A stretch of DNA of 64,000 bases, taken from assembly GCA_030529625.1 (NCBI GenBank), contig JAUMWN010000002.1, positions 6,186 through 70,185 on the forward strand, written 5' to 3'. The notes under the pieces are model-generated. The model was given only the letters and a program-made list of their open reading frames with translations. It did not search any database and had not been told where the DNA came from. This DNA comes from Coriobacteriales bacterium. Lineage in GTDB: Bacteria > Actinomycetota > Coriobacteriia > Coriobacteriales > Atopobiaceae. Both the position numbers and the translations under genes were made by a program. How positions within the stretch are numbered: position 1 is the stretch's first letter; each line of letters starts with the position of its first letter. Below are positions 27,410 through 38,052 of the stretch, in pieces.

Positions 27410-28093
27410 ATGGGGGGTACGCGCATGGCATGCGTTGACGCTACCTCAGGTACGGTAATCGTGGGAACCTGCGGCAGTGCCGCGCCGGTCGTGTTTGTAA
27501 TCGACTCGCCCGAGCACCCGTTACCCATCGACTCGCTTGCAAGAATGCGCGGAGTCACCATCGCGAGCGTGCCCGTTCGCGACTGGGCCAACGCGCTCAC
27601 CCCTTGGCCCGCAGCTGGTCTCTACCGAGAAGATCCCGCCTTTGGTGGACAGGCGGACGCCACGCTCGACGAACTTCTCACCCAGGCGATTCCTGCCATT
27701 GAGGCAGCACACGGGCTCGTACCTGCCGCCCGCGCCATCTGCGGGTATTCGCTTGGCGGACTCTTTGCGCTGTATGCCCTTACGCACGCGGATGCCTTCG
27801 TGGCCTGTGCATGCGTGTCGGGGTCGGTTTGGTACGAGGGCTGGGTGGAGCACCTCAGCCAGCTGCCTTTGGACCTGTCCGGGCGCTACGCGTTCCTCTC
27901 ACTGGGCACCAAGGAGCGGCGGGCGGCACGACCGCTGCTCAAGACCGTACAGGTGCGCATGGAGACCTGCACGGACGTTTTGCGCGAGCGCGGCTGCACG
28001 GTGGACTATCGCACCAGTCCGGGCAGCCACCTGCAGCACGTTGATGAGCGCCTGGACGCGGGGCTTGCGGCGCTGGATGCGTTTTTGGCGTGA
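27410..28093 (+). CDS. Alpha/beta hydrolase (esterase D / enterochelin-esterase-like)
   Basis: Nucleophile elbow GYSLGG. An alternative start is ATG 27425. Confidence 0.7.
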   Translation: MGGTRMACVDATSGTVIVGTCGSAAPVVFVIDSPEHPLPIDSLARMRGVTIASVPVRDWANALTPWPAAGLYREDPAFGGQADATLDELLTQAIPAIEAAHGLVPAARAICGYSLGGLFALYALTHADAFVACACVSGSVWYEGWVEHLSQLPLDLSGRYAFLSLGTKERRAARPLLKTVQVRMETCTDVLRERGCTVDYRTSPGSHLQHVDERLDAGLAALDAFLA

Positions 28094-28115
28094 CTCAGCG
28101 CCGCCGCGTAGTGAC

Positions 28116-28910
28116 TCAGCGCTCTCGCGGCACGCCTGGGACGTCGTCAAGGTTAAGACGCGTGTAGGGCGCCACGGCACGCAGCGCCGCGTTGCGGGCC
28201 TCTCGCACGTGGGTCATCTCCTTGAGCACAAAGCGCATCTTTGCCCACGTGCCGTACTCGCCAATCTGCGTGAGCAGAATCCAGGGATCACGCTCCAGCT
28301 CGGCGACCTCCTCGATGGCCTCCTTGGCCAGACGCTCCATGGTTTGGATGGTCTCGTCTATGTCGCGTGTGTCGTTGGTAAACGAGAGCATGGTGGCAAC
28401 CAGGTGAGCTGGCTCGATCTTCTCAATCTCGCCCGAGTTGATTGCCGAGTTGGGGATGGTGTGGACGTTGTTCTCAAAGTCCTTTACCACCGTCTGGCGC
28501 CACGTGACGTCCAGCACCATGCCCTCGGTGGAGCCAATAATCACATGATCGCCCGGCTGGACGAGCTTCATGATGGTAACCTGCAGCCCGCCAATAAAGT
28601 TGGAAATGGTGTCCTGCAAGCCAAGGGATAGCGCCACGCCGCCAACGCCAAGGGCCGTTACCAGGGCCGCGACGTCAATGCCAAAACACATGGACAGAAT
28701 AAGCGTGCCGCCAATCGCCCACACTCCAACGCGCGCGATGTTTACAATCAGGGTGCTCGACTGCAGCGGGATGGATTCGGCGGAGAGCAGCTTGCGCACC
28801 AAACGCGACACGGCGCGGGCCGCCAGAATCGTAAACACGAGGAGCACGATTGCGACCACGATGGCATGGCCGCTGCTGGTGTCAATAAACTCGCGAACCC
28901 ATCGTTCCAT
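28116..28910 (-). CDS. Small-conductance mechanosensitive channel (MscS family)
   Basis: MERWVREF start follows GAGGGAGG. TM3 includes GLQDTISNFIGGLQVTIMKLVQPGDHV. Confidence 0.85.
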   Translation of the reverse strand: MERWVREFIDTSSGHAIVVAIVLLVFTILAARAVSRLVRKLLSAESIPLQSSTLIVNIARVGVWAIGGTLILSMCFGIDVAALVTALGVGGVALSLGLQDTISNFIGGLQVTIMKLVQPGDHVIIGSTEGMVLDVTWRQTVVKDFENNVHTIPNSAINSGEIEKIEPAHLVATMLSFTNDTRDIDETIQTMERLAKEAIEEVAELERDPWILLTQIGEYGTWAKMRFVLKEMTHVREARNAALRAVAPYTRLNLDDVPGVPRER

Positions 28911-28991
28911 GGTTGCCTCCCTCGCAGTAATGCGGACCCCTCCGACCGCTCCCACCCACGGTTTGATACTACCTCAAGTGCGGCCGCGCTG

Positions 28992-29052
28992 CCCACATGT
29001 ACTGGGGGGACAGTCCCCTAAACACAGGGGACTGTCCCCCCAGTACATGTGG
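28992..29052. repeat. REP-like repeat, GGGGACAGTCCCC family
   Basis: CCCACATGTACTGGGGGGACAGTCCCCTAAACACAGGGGACTGTCCCCCCAGTACATGTGGG. Confidence 0.85.
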
Positions 29053-29184
29053 GCACACAGTGTTCACTGGTTGGACACAGGGGTTTTGTCGCTGGTACAC
29101 GTGGCCGACTCAAGCTCGCAACAGACGCGCAATGCGGGCGGCACACCATGGAGGCACTCGTTGGCACGGGAGAGGGAGGCTTCC

Positions 29185-30015
29185 ATGGACGTTACGCAGG
29201 TTGAGAGCTACAACAGGCAGGTGGCCGAACTGCGCGCTCAGCGCGACCGCGACTACGACGAGTACGAGCGTGCCGGGCGCATTTGGGGCCTCGTGCCGCG
29301 CGAGCGCATCACGCGCATTACCTTTGAGCGCGTGAGCAGGCAGGTCGTTGACGGCTACCTCTCCATGGAGGACATGACCACCACCGTCTCGGACGTCTTG
29401 GACTCCTATGGCATCGACGGGGCCATTCCCTCCTCGTACATCCATCCGGTTATTCCCGGCTCCAAGATTTGCGGGCCGGCCGTTACCATCCGCAACATTC
29501 CCGTGCGCAAGACCCCCACGCAGGGCGCGCACGACCACGACTTTATTGCGATGAGCACGCGCGACATCTACTACCTGGGCGAACCCGGAGACGTGCTGGT
29601 GAGCGACTTTGGCGGGAACCTGGAGGTCTCCAACATGGGCGGCCAGAGCTGCACGGTGGGCATGAGCTGCGGCTTTGCCGGAAACATCGTCAACGGTTGC
29701 TGCCGCGACGTGTCCAGCATCCGCGAGATGGGCTATCCCGTGTTTAGCGTGGGCACCACGCAGATTACCGGCAAGTACCGCATGGAGTGCGTGGAGATGA
29801 ACGGTCCGGTAACCCTGTGCGGAAAGCTCGTGGAACCGGGCGACCTCATGCTGGCAGACGACTCCGGCGTGTGCATCGTACCCTACAACCTGGCCGAGAA
29901 GGTCCTTGAGGAGTGCATAGACATTGCCAAGTCGGAGGAGCGCATGCGCGAACTCATAGAAAGCAAGGCACCCATCAGCGAACTGCGCCCGCTCTTCCGC
30001 TCCCGGTACTCGTAG
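29185..30015 (+). CDS. RraA / 4-hydroxy-4-methyl-2-oxoglutarate aldolase family protein (long form)
   Basis: GPAVTI...GDVLV...NMGGQSC...GCCRDV...GYPVFS...PGDLMLADDSGVCIVP. Confidence 0.7.
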   Translation: MDVTQVESYNRQVAELRAQRDRDYDEYERAGRIWGLVPRERITRITFERVSRQVVDGYLSMEDMTTTVSDVLDSYGIDGAIPSSYIHPVIPGSKICGPAVTIRNIPVRKTPTQGAHDHDFIAMSTRDIYYLGEPGDVLVSDFGGNLEVSNMGGQSCTVGMSCGFAGNIVNGCCRDVSSIREMGYPVFSVGTTQITGKYRMECVEMNGPVTLCGKLVEPGDLMLADDSGVCIVPYNLAEKVLEECIDIAKSEERMRELIESKAPISELRPLFRSRYS

Positions 30016-30129
30016 GCACGGCACCGCTCATCGAGAGTCCTCGCGACACACAGACGTCTGCGTAACCCGCATGCCTCCAAAGGATAGAATTGCGACAACG
30101 GCTAGTTGCGTCCAAACCAGAGAGGCGGG

Positions 30130-31233
30130 ATGACGATGAAGATGAAGGCTGCGGTTACTTGGGGCGTTGGCGAGCCCTTCCAGATTGAGGAAGTTGAGCT
30201 GGCCGATCCAAAGGACGACGAGATCCTGGTAAAGATTGCCGCGTGCGGCGTGTGCCACACCGACGAAGCCGCCAAGGCGCAGGTCATTCCCGTGCCGCTT
30301 CCCGCCGTGCTTGGTCACGAGGGCTGCGGCGTGGTAGAGGCCGTGGGCAAGAACGTGAGGGAGTTCGCGCCCGGAGACAAGGTGGGCATCTCCTTTGGGT
30401 TCTGCGGTGAGTGCCGCAACTGCAGGACGGCGCATCAGCATGCCTGCGAGAACTTTAACGCCATCAACTTTGGCGGCGTGATGCCTGACGGCACCACGCG
30501 GCTCTCCAAGGACGGCAAGCCCCTGGCCACCTTCTTTGGCCAGTCCTCCTTTGCCGAGTATGCGGTGGTGAACGCCTCCAGCGCGGTAAAGCTTCCCGAG
30601 GGCGACTTCGACCTCAAGCTGTTCGCGCCGCTTGGCTGCGGCATCCAGACTGGTGCCGGCGCGGTGCTCAACCGGCTGCGTCCCGAGTTTGGCTCCAGCA
30701 TCGCGGTGTTTGGCTGCGGCACCGTGGGCATGAGCGCCATCATGGCCGCAAAGATCGCCGGCTGTCAAAAGATCATTGCCGTGGGCGGCAACCCCACCAG
30801 CCTCGAACTCGCGCTGGAGCTTGGCGCCACCCACACGGTCAACCGCAAGGAAACCGACGACATCGTGGGCGACATCAAGGCGATCACCGATGGTGGCACC
30901 GACTACTCCATCGACACCTCCGGCGTGCCCGACTTCGTGAAGAAGGCCCTGGCCAGCTGCCGCTTCATGGGGACCTGCGTGATTCTGGGCGCCACGGGGG
31001 ACGTGACCTTTAACATCCAGCAGGAGCTCATGGGAGAGGCGAAGAGCCTCATTGGCATCGTGGAAGGCGACGCGATTCCCAAGCTGTTCATTCCCAAGCT
31101 TATCGAGTACTACCAGGCGGGCCTCTTCCCGTTCGACCGCCTCATCAAGTTCTATCCCTTCGAGGAGATCAACCGCGCCTTTGAGGAGTCCCACTCGGGC
31201 AAGTGCATCAAGGCCGTGCTCACGATGGAGTAA
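30130..31233 (+). CDS. Zinc-dependent alcohol dehydrogenase
   Basis: ACGVCHTDEA, GHEGCGVV, CGECRNCRT and GCGTVG motifs. Confidence 0.9.
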   Translation: MTMKMKAAVTWGVGEPFQIEEVELADPKDDEILVKIAACGVCHTDEAAKAQVIPVPLPAVLGHEGCGVVEAVGKNVREFAPGDKVGISFGFCGECRNCRTAHQHACENFNAINFGGVMPDGTTRLSKDGKPLATFFGQSSFAEYAVVNASSAVKLPEGDFDLKLFAPLGCGIQTGAGAVLNRLRPEFGSSIAVFGCGTVGMSAIMAAKIAGCQKIIAVGGNPTSLELALELGATHTVNRKETDDIVGDIKAITDGGTDYSIDTSGVPDFVKKALASCRFMGTCVILGATGDVTFNIQQELMGEAKSLIGIVEGDAIPKLFIPKLIEYYQAGLFPFDRLIKFYPFEEINRAFEESHSGKCIKAVLTME

Positions 31234-31260
31234 CGCTAGGCAGCATTAGACGAGCAACGC

Positions 31261-31307
31261 GACCCCACATGCACTCGGGGGACAGTCCCCCGAGTGCATG
31301 TGGGGTC
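31261..31307. repeat. REP-like repeat, single unit
   Basis: GACCCCACATGCACTCGGGGGACAGTCCCCCGAGTGCATGTGGGGTC is a palindrome. Confidence 0.85.
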
Positions 31308-31317
31308 GCATCGTCGC

Positions 31318-31968
31318 TCAAAACTCGGCCGCGCGAAGCACCTTTTGTGCCTGGTCACGCTCGCCCTTGCTGATCAGGGTGTTTGCGATTGCGGTAAGGC
31401 CGCGGCTGACCTCCTGCTTGGGGTCGGTCGCCTCCGGGTACACCCGTGAGACAAACACGGCCATCGACGCGTACAGGTTCGCCGGCGTCTTCTCATCCAT
31501 GCCCTCGTGGAGGTAGTCGAACATGCACTTTGCACACAGCATGCCGGCCCGCTCGTTGCCCAGAAGCTCCGCCTGGTGAAACAGCCGCGCCGCCTCCACG
31601 TAGTCCTGCGGCACCCCAAGCCCGCGCGCACGGAAGCTGGCGAGGTTGTACAGCGCGACCTCGTTTTGCTCGAGCTGCAGCACGCTCGCGTAGGCCTCCA
31701 CCGCCGACTCGTAGTCGCCTGCGTTGAGCGCCACCTGACCCAGCACGAGCAGCGAGCTCACGACCTCCTCGGGAGTCATGGGCTTGTCGTGATGGTGGCC
31801 CTCGTGCCCGTGGTGGTGTGCCGCGTGCCCCTCGTGGGCGTGCTCCCCGGCACGCACATCCTCGGCCGGCTGGCCTCCTTGCGCTTGCGCAGCGTCCATC
31901 TGCATCTCCCCCACATCCATCGCCGTCTGGGCCTTGTCGGCCCCCGCGTCTTTTGTCATAACGCCCAT
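31318..31968 (-). CDS. Sel1/TPR-repeat protein with a His-rich N-terminal tract
   Basis: HAHEGHAAHHHGHEGHHHDK is followed by Sel1-like ARGLGVPQDYVEAARLFHQAELLGNERA. Confidence 0.6.
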   Translation of the reverse strand: MGVMTKDAGADKAQTAMDVGEMQMDAAQAQGGQPAEDVRAGEHAHEGHAAHHHGHEGHHHDKPMTPEEVVSSLLVLGQVALNAGDYESAVEAYASVLQLEQNEVALYNLASFRARGLGVPQDYVEAARLFHQAELLGNERAGMLCAKCMFDYLHEGMDEKTPANLYASMAVFVSRVYPEATDPKQEVSRGLTAIANTLISKGERDQAQKVLRAAEF

Positions 31969-32281
31969 AGTAGCATCTTGGGCGTAGACGCCGTGTACGA
32001 TTTGACGTTGTATGGGATCCCTACCGTGCGCGATTTCTGGTGAGAATTGCGCACGGCAGGGACGTGATTCGACGTGGAATTGTGCACGCCGCACGCGCCA
32101 TCCGCGACGCCCACGCCCGTCTCGCCAGGCGTCCGCACACGGGCCAATCGCATGCTTTTGCCCATTGGCTTTTGCGTGTATCTGAGGACAACATCGCGAT
32201 GATGCATAATGAGTGTAATCACGAACGGATCGGCGGGCACTCCAGCGGCCGCACAGCCCATGCGAGAACGGAGATGCGAGT

Positions 32282-34093
32282 ATGGACAACACCTTGAACA
32301 CGCAAAACTTTTATGCCGGCGAGGAGTTCTACGCGCATCACATGCTTGGCTGCCTGCGCAACGAGAGCGGCGGGGCCACCTTTAGGACCTTCGCGCCTGC
32401 GGCAGAAGGCGTGGAGCTGGTGCTCAACGACGAGGTCCTGCCCATGGGCAAGGTTGCCGACGGCAACTTTTGGGAGGCGTACGTGGCCACGGTAAACGCG
32501 GGCGACGCATACGAGTTTCGCATCTGGCACGGCGGGACCTCCGTTGACCACTGCGACCCCTACGGCATGCAGATGGAACTGAGGCCTGCCCACCGCTCAA
32601 TCGTTGCCGACCTTACCCACGAGTGGCACGACGCGGACTGGATGGCCTCGCGCGACACCTGCCGCGACAAGCCCCTCAACATCTACGAGCTGCACATGGG
32701 TTCCTGGCGCAAGCACTCCTTAGACCAGCCCTCCGAGGACCCAGCCGATTGGTACACCTACGACGAGCTGGCCGGCCCGCTCGTGGAGCACCTCACCCAG
32801 CTGGACGTTACCCACGTGGAGTTCCTGCCGCTCACGGAGTACCCCTTCGACGGCAGTTGGGGCTACCAACCCACGGGCTTCTACGCAGCCACAAGCCGCT
32901 ACGGGACGCCCACGCAGCTCATGACGCTCATTGACGCGCTGCACCAGGCAGGCATTGGCGCCATCCTGGACTTCGTACCCGTGCACTTTGCCCTCGATCC
33001 ATGGGCACTGGCCGACTACGATGGGACTCCGCTCTTTGAGTACCCCAACGACGCCGTAGGCGTAAGCGAGTGGGGAAGCCGCAACTTTATTCACTCGCGT
33101 GGCGAGACCTGCTCATTCCTGCAGAGCGCGGCCAACTTTTGGCTGGGAGCCTATCACTTTGACGCGCTGCGCCTGGATGCTATCAGCCGTATCATCTACT
33201 GGCAAGGCGACGAGACGCGCGGCATAAACGGTATGGCCATGGACTTTGTGAAGACCTTCAACTCCGGCTGCAAGTCGCTCAATCCCGGCACGTTTATGGT
33301 GGCCGAGGACTCCACCAACGTGCCTGGCACCACCAAGGCCGTGGAGGAGGGTGGCCTGGGATTCGACTACAAGTGGGACATGGGCTGGATGCACGACACG
33401 CTGGACCTCTTCCAAAAGACGCCCGACCAGAGGTTAGACAACTACCACGAGCTCACTTTCTCCATGGACTACTTTGGCAACGAGCGCTACCTGCTGCCGC
33501 TCTCCCACGACGAGGTGGTCCACGGCAAGGCCACGATTGCCAACAAGATGAGCGGTGCGGATCTGGACGTTAAGCTCGCTCAGGCGCGGACGCTCTACCT
33601 GTACATGTTCTGCCATCCCGGCAAGAAGCTCAACTTTATGGGAAGCGAGGTCGCCCAGCTTCGCGAGTGGGATGAGAATCGCGAGCAGGACTGGTTCATG
33701 CGCCAATACCCCGCGCACGAGGCCTTCTTCCAGTTCTTCTGCGAGCTGGGATGGCGCTACCGCAACGAGCCCGCGCTGTGGGACCTTGACTACGACAAGA
33801 CGGGCTTTGCGTGGCGCGAGTCCTCTGGCCAGACGGACGTGGTGTATGCCTTTGAGCGCACGTCGGCCGCAGGCGAGCGGCTGCTCTGCGCCTTCAACCT
33901 CTCGGACGAGGACCTTATTGGCAGGAGCATCACGATTCCGCAGGCCACGACGGCTACCATGCTGCTCGACACCAGCTGGCAGCGCTTTGGCGGCATGACG
34001 CCCGACGCGGACGACGAGCAGATCGCAATCGCCGACGGCACGCTCGCACTCGACCTTCCCGCCTTTGGCGGCGTCCTGCTTCGCATCGACTAA
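32282..34093 (+). CDS. glgB: 1,4-alpha-glucan branching enzyme
   Basis: 603 aa with GH13 motifs DFVPVHF, HFDALRLDA, FMVAEDST and LPLSHDEVVHGK. Confidence 0.9.
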   Translation: MDNTLNTQNFYAGEEFYAHHMLGCLRNESGGATFRTFAPAAEGVELVLNDEVLPMGKVADGNFWEAYVATVNAGDAYEFRIWHGGTSVDHCDPYGMQMELRPAHRSIVADLTHEWHDADWMASRDTCRDKPLNIYELHMGSWRKHSLDQPSEDPADWYTYDELAGPLVEHLTQLDVTHVEFLPLTEYPFDGSWGYQPTGFYAATSRYGTPTQLMTLIDALHQAGIGAILDFVPVHFALDPWALADYDGTPLFEYPNDAVGVSEWGSRNFIHSRGETCSFLQSAANFWLGAYHFDALRLDAISRIIYWQGDETRGINGMAMDFVKTFNSGCKSLNPGTFMVAEDSTNVPGTTKAVEEGGLGFDYKWDMGWMHDTLDLFQKTPDQRLDNYHELTFSMDYFGNERYLLPLSHDEVVHGKATIANKMSGADLDVKLAQARTLYLYMFCHPGKKLNFMGSEVAQLREWDENREQDWFMRQYPAHEAFFQFFCELGWRYRNEPALWDLDYDKTGFAWRESSGQTDVVYAFERTSAAGERLLCAFNLSDEDLIGRSITIPQATTATMLLDTSWQRFGGMTPDADDEQIAIADGTLALDLPAFGGVLLRID

Positions 34094-34109
34094 CTTTCTG
34101 GATGTGCAG

Positions 34110-34238
34110 GGGTAGACAAAGGGGACTGTCCCCCGCGTCTACCACTATGCGCGGGCCTACAACTGTGCCGCGGTAGGTAGACTCGGGGGACTGTCCCCTT
34201 TGTCTACCTGTACTGGGGGACTGTCTCCCGAGTTCATA
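34110..34238. repeat. Composite REP-like repeat cluster
   Basis: GGTAGACAAAGGGGACTGTCCCCCGCGTCTACC ... GGTAGACTCGGGGGACTGTCCCCTTTGTCTACCTGTACTGGGGGACTGTCTCCCGAG. Confidence 0.8.
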
Positions 34239-34668
34239 CGCCCAGCAGTCGTTTGCAAAAGCGCACGCCGAGGTGCATCTGACCCTCGACCTCTCGCTCC
34301 TCGACCGCGCAGCGATACCCGCGGCTGGAGAGCTGGCGCATGGCCTCCTCAACGATGCGTTCCGCCACCCAGCGCTCGTTGCAGGCGCCGGGCATCACGA
34401 CGTCTCCCATGCTCCAGTACACCTGCAGGCCGCAGTCTTCGCCCTTCTCGGCGCACAGGCGCCGGCCGGCATCGCCTGAGCGCACGAAGCCCTCGTCGTC
34501 GAAGAGACACCACACGCAGCCTGAGGCATCCAACCACCCCCGCGTCTTTCCGCGCGGCAGCCCATACACCACTTGCTCGAGCTTGGTGGCCACGTACGGT
34601 CCAAGGGCCTCGTTGAAGACCTCCCGGTTACGGTTGGCACAGCTCACAAGGTTGGTCTCCCCCATCAT
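34234..34668 (-). CDS. Hypothetical protein (144 aa)
   Basis: An ORF with no family I recognise. It may or may not be expressed. Confidence 0.35.
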   Translation of the reverse strand: MMGETNLVSCANRNREVFNEALGPYVATKLEQVVYGLPRGKTRGWLDASGCVWCLFDDEGFVRSGDAGRRLCAEKGEDCGLQVYWSMGDVVMPGACNERWVAERIVEEAMRQLSSRGYRCAVEEREVEGQMHLGVRFCKRLLGV

Positions 34669-34795
34669 TCACCCCCGTCATGGCGTCCTGCGCGTCCGGT
34701 GCGTTTCCCACCAGTGTATGCCAACGGCGCCACAGAGACGGTGCGGAGCGGCGCGGGTATACTGGTGCCAGGTTCCACGCACGGAAAGGAGAGTC

Positions 34796-35338
34796 ATGAA
34801 GCTGCTCATTGCGTCCGACATCCACGGGGCAGCCGATGCGTGCGCGTCGCTCGTCAAAGCCATCGAGACCCACGAGCCCGACCGCGTCGTGCTTCTTGGC
34901 GACCTGCTGTACCACGGTCCGCGCAACGACCTGCCTGCCGACTACGCCCCCAAGCGCGTGATCGCAATGCTCAACGCGCATGCCAACCGCATCGTGGCGA
35001 TTCGCGGCAACTGCGAGGCGGAGGTGGACCAAATGGTGCTCGACTTCCCCTGCATGGCAACGTACAACCAGATTTTTGACCCAGCGACCGGGCACGTGCT
35101 GTTTTGCACGCACGGCCACGTGTACGGGCCCGGCCTGCACAATAGCGCACGCAACCTGCCCAACCTCGCGCCCGGAGACGCCATCGTGTACGGACACACC
35201 CACATTAAGGTGAGCGAGGAGAGCGAGCAGATGCCCGGCGTTTGGTGCTTCAACCCCGGCAGCGTGGGCATTCCCAAGGATGGCACCGCCAGTTTTGGCA
35301 TCTACCAGGACGGCTGTTTTACTCACTGTCTGCTATAG
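34796..35338 (+). CDS. yfcE: YfcE-family metallophosphoesterase
   Basis: MKLLIASDIHG...LLGDLLYHGPRN...RGNCE...THGH...GHTH. Confidence 0.85.
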   Translation: MKLLIASDIHGAADACASLVKAIETHEPDRVVLLGDLLYHGPRNDLPADYAPKRVIAMLNAHANRIVAIRGNCEAEVDQMVLDFPCMATYNQIFDPATGHVLFCTHGHVYGPGLHNSARNLPNLAPGDAIVYGHTHIKVSEESEQMPGVWCFNPGSVGIPKDGTASFGIYQDGCFTHCLL

Positions 35339-35403
35339 GCGGGCACAACGCAGTGGCCATGTCATCCGACAGGAGCGATCCAGCTACGCTGAGAAGAGAC
35401 GAC

Positions 35404-36099
35404 CTACTCCGCAAATGCCGCGCGCGCCGCGTCTAGGTCGACTGCCCAGCGGTTGGGAACCCCCGACCCGTCCAGACCGCCACAGTCCAGGCCGTCAAAG
35501 TCCTGCTGGTAGACCTCAACACTGGAAAAGACCCCGTCCTCCCACTCATAGACGTAGGTCATGCAGTTGGTGTTGGCCCGCGGACCATTAAACGCAAAGC
35601 CCATCACCTGCATGTAAAAGTGCACGAGAGAACCGCCCGATCCCACGACCAGCACGTTGCGCACGTCTGGGTTGGCCATAATCTCGCTCATGCACGAAAC
35701 GATGCGCTCGTTAACCTGCGCGTCGCCCTCGCCACCGGCCGCACTCATCACCAGGCCGCGCATTTGCAACAGCCCGCCCGGACCAAATTCCGGCTCGATA
35801 AAGTCGTCCTTGGCCTCGAAGATGCCAAAGCCGCACTCACGCAGTCCTTTCTTGCGCTCATAGGGCTTGACCTCGCCAAACGCGGTCTGGCACACGAGCT
35901 CCATTGTGTCACAGCAGCGCTCGGAGGTGCTAGAGTAGAAGTGGTCGAACACGACGCCACGACGCTTGAGCTCCTCGCCGGCGATTCGGCACTGCTCCAC
36001 GCCGCGCGGCGTGATGGGCGAGTCACACCACCCCTGGCTCTTGTGCTGGACGTTAAATAGGGTCTCGCAGTGGCGCATGGCATATAAAAGCTTTTTCAT
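35404..36099 (-). CDS. Histidine phosphatase (phosphoglycerate mutase) family protein
   Basis: YAMRHCETLFN carries the RHG-type motif. Confidence 0.85.
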   Translation of the reverse strand: MKKLLYAMRHCETLFNVQHKSQGWCDSPITPRGVEQCRIAGEELKRRGVVFDHFYSSTSERCCDTMELVCQTAFGEVKPYERKKGLRECGFGIFEAKDDFIEPEFGPGGLLQMRGLVMSAAGGEGDAQVNERIVSCMSEIMANPDVRNVLVVGSGGSLVHFYMQVMGFAFNGPRANTNCMTYVYEWEDGVFSSVEVYQQDFDGLDCGGLDGSGVPNRWAVDLDAARAAFAE

Positions 36100-36137
36100 G
36101 ATGGACCTTCTCTGTTGGGGACTAACCCTATACTACG

Positions 36138-36590
36138 CTACTTGCCCTGCTTGGCCAGCCAGCGTCGGTGAGACACGACACGCGGCGCGGTCATGGAACG
36201 CGGCTCGTCAGGGAAGGTGACCACGTTTTGGGCGCCGTTGCGCCACAGCTCCAGTACGTCTTCGGCCTCCTCAACGAAGTTCTCGATATCCACCAGGCCA
36301 TACATGCGCATGGGCAGCACGAACACGGGGATGCGGAGCTTGCCCTCCTTGGCCGCCGTTGCCGCCGGGTACTCCAGGTGCGGGCACAAAAGCGCCACGT
36401 CAACCTCGTCCTGACGGTCGCGCTGCACGCCCGCCGAGAAGGCCGACTCGGCGCCATAGAGGTTCGCAAAGGGAATGAACTCCAGGAACACCTCGTCTTC
36501 CAGGCCCTTCTCCTTGAGCTGCTTGTTGAGGTGTGCCGCCATGGTGCTCGACGAGAACCCTCCCCCACAACAGATGGCAATGCGAATCAT
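36138..36590 (-). CDS. PTS lactose/cellobiose-type EIIB domain protein (orphan)
   Basis: MIRIAICCGGGFSSSTMAAHL has an active-site Cys loop. There are no adjacent IIA or IIC genes. Confidence 0.65.
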   Translation of the reverse strand: MIRIAICCGGGFSSSTMAAHLNKQLKEKGLEDEVFLEFIPFANLYGAESAFSAGVQRDRQDEVDVALLCPHLEYPAATAAKEGKLRIPVFVLPMRMYGLVDIENFVEEAEDVLELWRNGAQNVVTFPDEPRSMTAPRVVSHRRWLAKQGK

Positions 36591-36867
36591 GCCGCTCCCC
36601 TTTCGCCAGACGCACTCGAAAGGACGGGGCGGACTCGTGAGCGTACAGCCGCCCTTGTCTCATGTAATTATATAGCCCGACGCCACAAGCTGGCACTTGT
36701 TGGCCTCAGCGGGGGCCGCGTGCCGCGCCGATTTGGTGGCACGAAACTCTTGGGCCTCATGTAGAATGTTCCAAGAAGCACATACGACCAAGGAGGCCTT
36801 CTCTGCACCATGCACCTGCGCTTTGCTTCACCTTGCCGCACGTCTTGTCACCCACGCCTCGTGTAGC

Positions 36868-37983
36868 ATGAACGTGCTGCGGACCATCCGCAATTACTTC
36901 TTTTACTGCGGAATCGAGAAAGACGAATACAACGCGATAAAGCGAGACGCATATGCCTCTAACTTCGAGGTGTGGCGAATCCTTCACTTCCTTATGGCTG
37001 CGGTGTTTGGTGCTCTGTTCATTGGCTCGCTACGCTATGGCCTGATGAGGGCAAACGGCTGGCTATACCTGCTGGCGTTCGTCTATTCGGTAATCGCCAT
37101 CGTCCCCTTCTTTGTCCTCAAGAAGGACTCGATTGTCGCGCAACTTCTCATCTATCTATCGATTTCCCTGCTGTTCCTGTTTGGCTGCTTCCTTTCCATG
37201 AGCAGGCCCGACACCCCCGCGGTGACCTTTATCGCCTTCTTGCTAATCACGCCCATGTTTATGATCGACAAGCCGTTCTTTATGGCCATCGAGCTTGGCG
37301 TCGCGGCCACCGTGTTCCTGCTGTGGGGGTATAGCGTAAAGCCGTACGACATTTGGCTGATCGACTTTGGCAACGTGGTTGCCTTTACCGTCGTGGGTGT
37401 CTTTCTCAACGTGATCGCCAATTCGCTTCGCATTAAGGAGTTCGTCCTCACGCGGGAACTCAGCATCCAAAAGGACACGGACGATTTGACGGGACTCAAG
37501 AACAAGGGGGCCCTGACTAGGGAAATCAACCAGTTTTTGGCCGACGAGTCGACGGACCAGGGGATTCTGTTTGTGATGGATATCGACCGGTTCAAGTCGA
37601 TCAACGACACGTACGGCCACGACGTGGGAGACGACGTGATCCGCCAGCTTGGCGGCTTCCTTGGCAAGGCGTTTACCGCAGACGAGATCGTGGGCCGATT
37701 TGGCGGAGACGAGTTTATCGCGTTCATCACCAACGCCGACAGCCCGGACGCCGCCCCGCGGATTGCCCACGACGTCGTGGAGGGCGCATCGCAAGGCGTC
37801 GTCCTAGCAGGCGGCGAGCAAAGGATAAGCCTGAGCATTGGCGTTGCCCTCTACCACGGCGACGAGACTAACTATTCCGAACTCTTTAAGAAGGCCGACG
37901 TCGCCCTCTACGAGGCAAAGGCAGATCCGGAGCACCGGTATCGCATTTACGAGGGTCAAGAGGCACTCCCTAGCGGGGAATAG
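36868..37983 (+). CDS. Membrane-anchored diguanylate cyclase (GGDEF)
   Basis: Five or six N-terminal TM segments, then DDLTGLKNKG...DIDRFKSINDTYGH...RFGGDEFIAF. Confidence 0.85.
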   Translation: MNVLRTIRNYFFYCGIEKDEYNAIKRDAYASNFEVWRILHFLMAAVFGALFIGSLRYGLMRANGWLYLLAFVYSVIAIVPFFVLKKDSIVAQLLIYLSISLLFLFGCFLSMSRPDTPAVTFIAFLLITPMFMIDKPFFMAIELGVAATVFLLWGYSVKPYDIWLIDFGNVVAFTVVGVFLNVIANSLRIKEFVLTRELSIQKDTDDLTGLKNKGALTREINQFLADESTDQGILFVMDIDRFKSINDTYGHDVGDDVIRQLGGFLGKAFTADEIVGRFGGDEFIAFITNADSPDAAPRIAHDVVEGASQGVVLAGGEQRISLSIGVALYHGDETNYSELFKKADVALYEAKADPEHRYRIYEGQEALPSGE

Positions 37984-38052
37984 GGACTCGGGTAAGAGGC
38001 GTCCCATGGCAGTAGCCCACCGTGCACACTAATCGTCCGAGAAGAGATGAAT

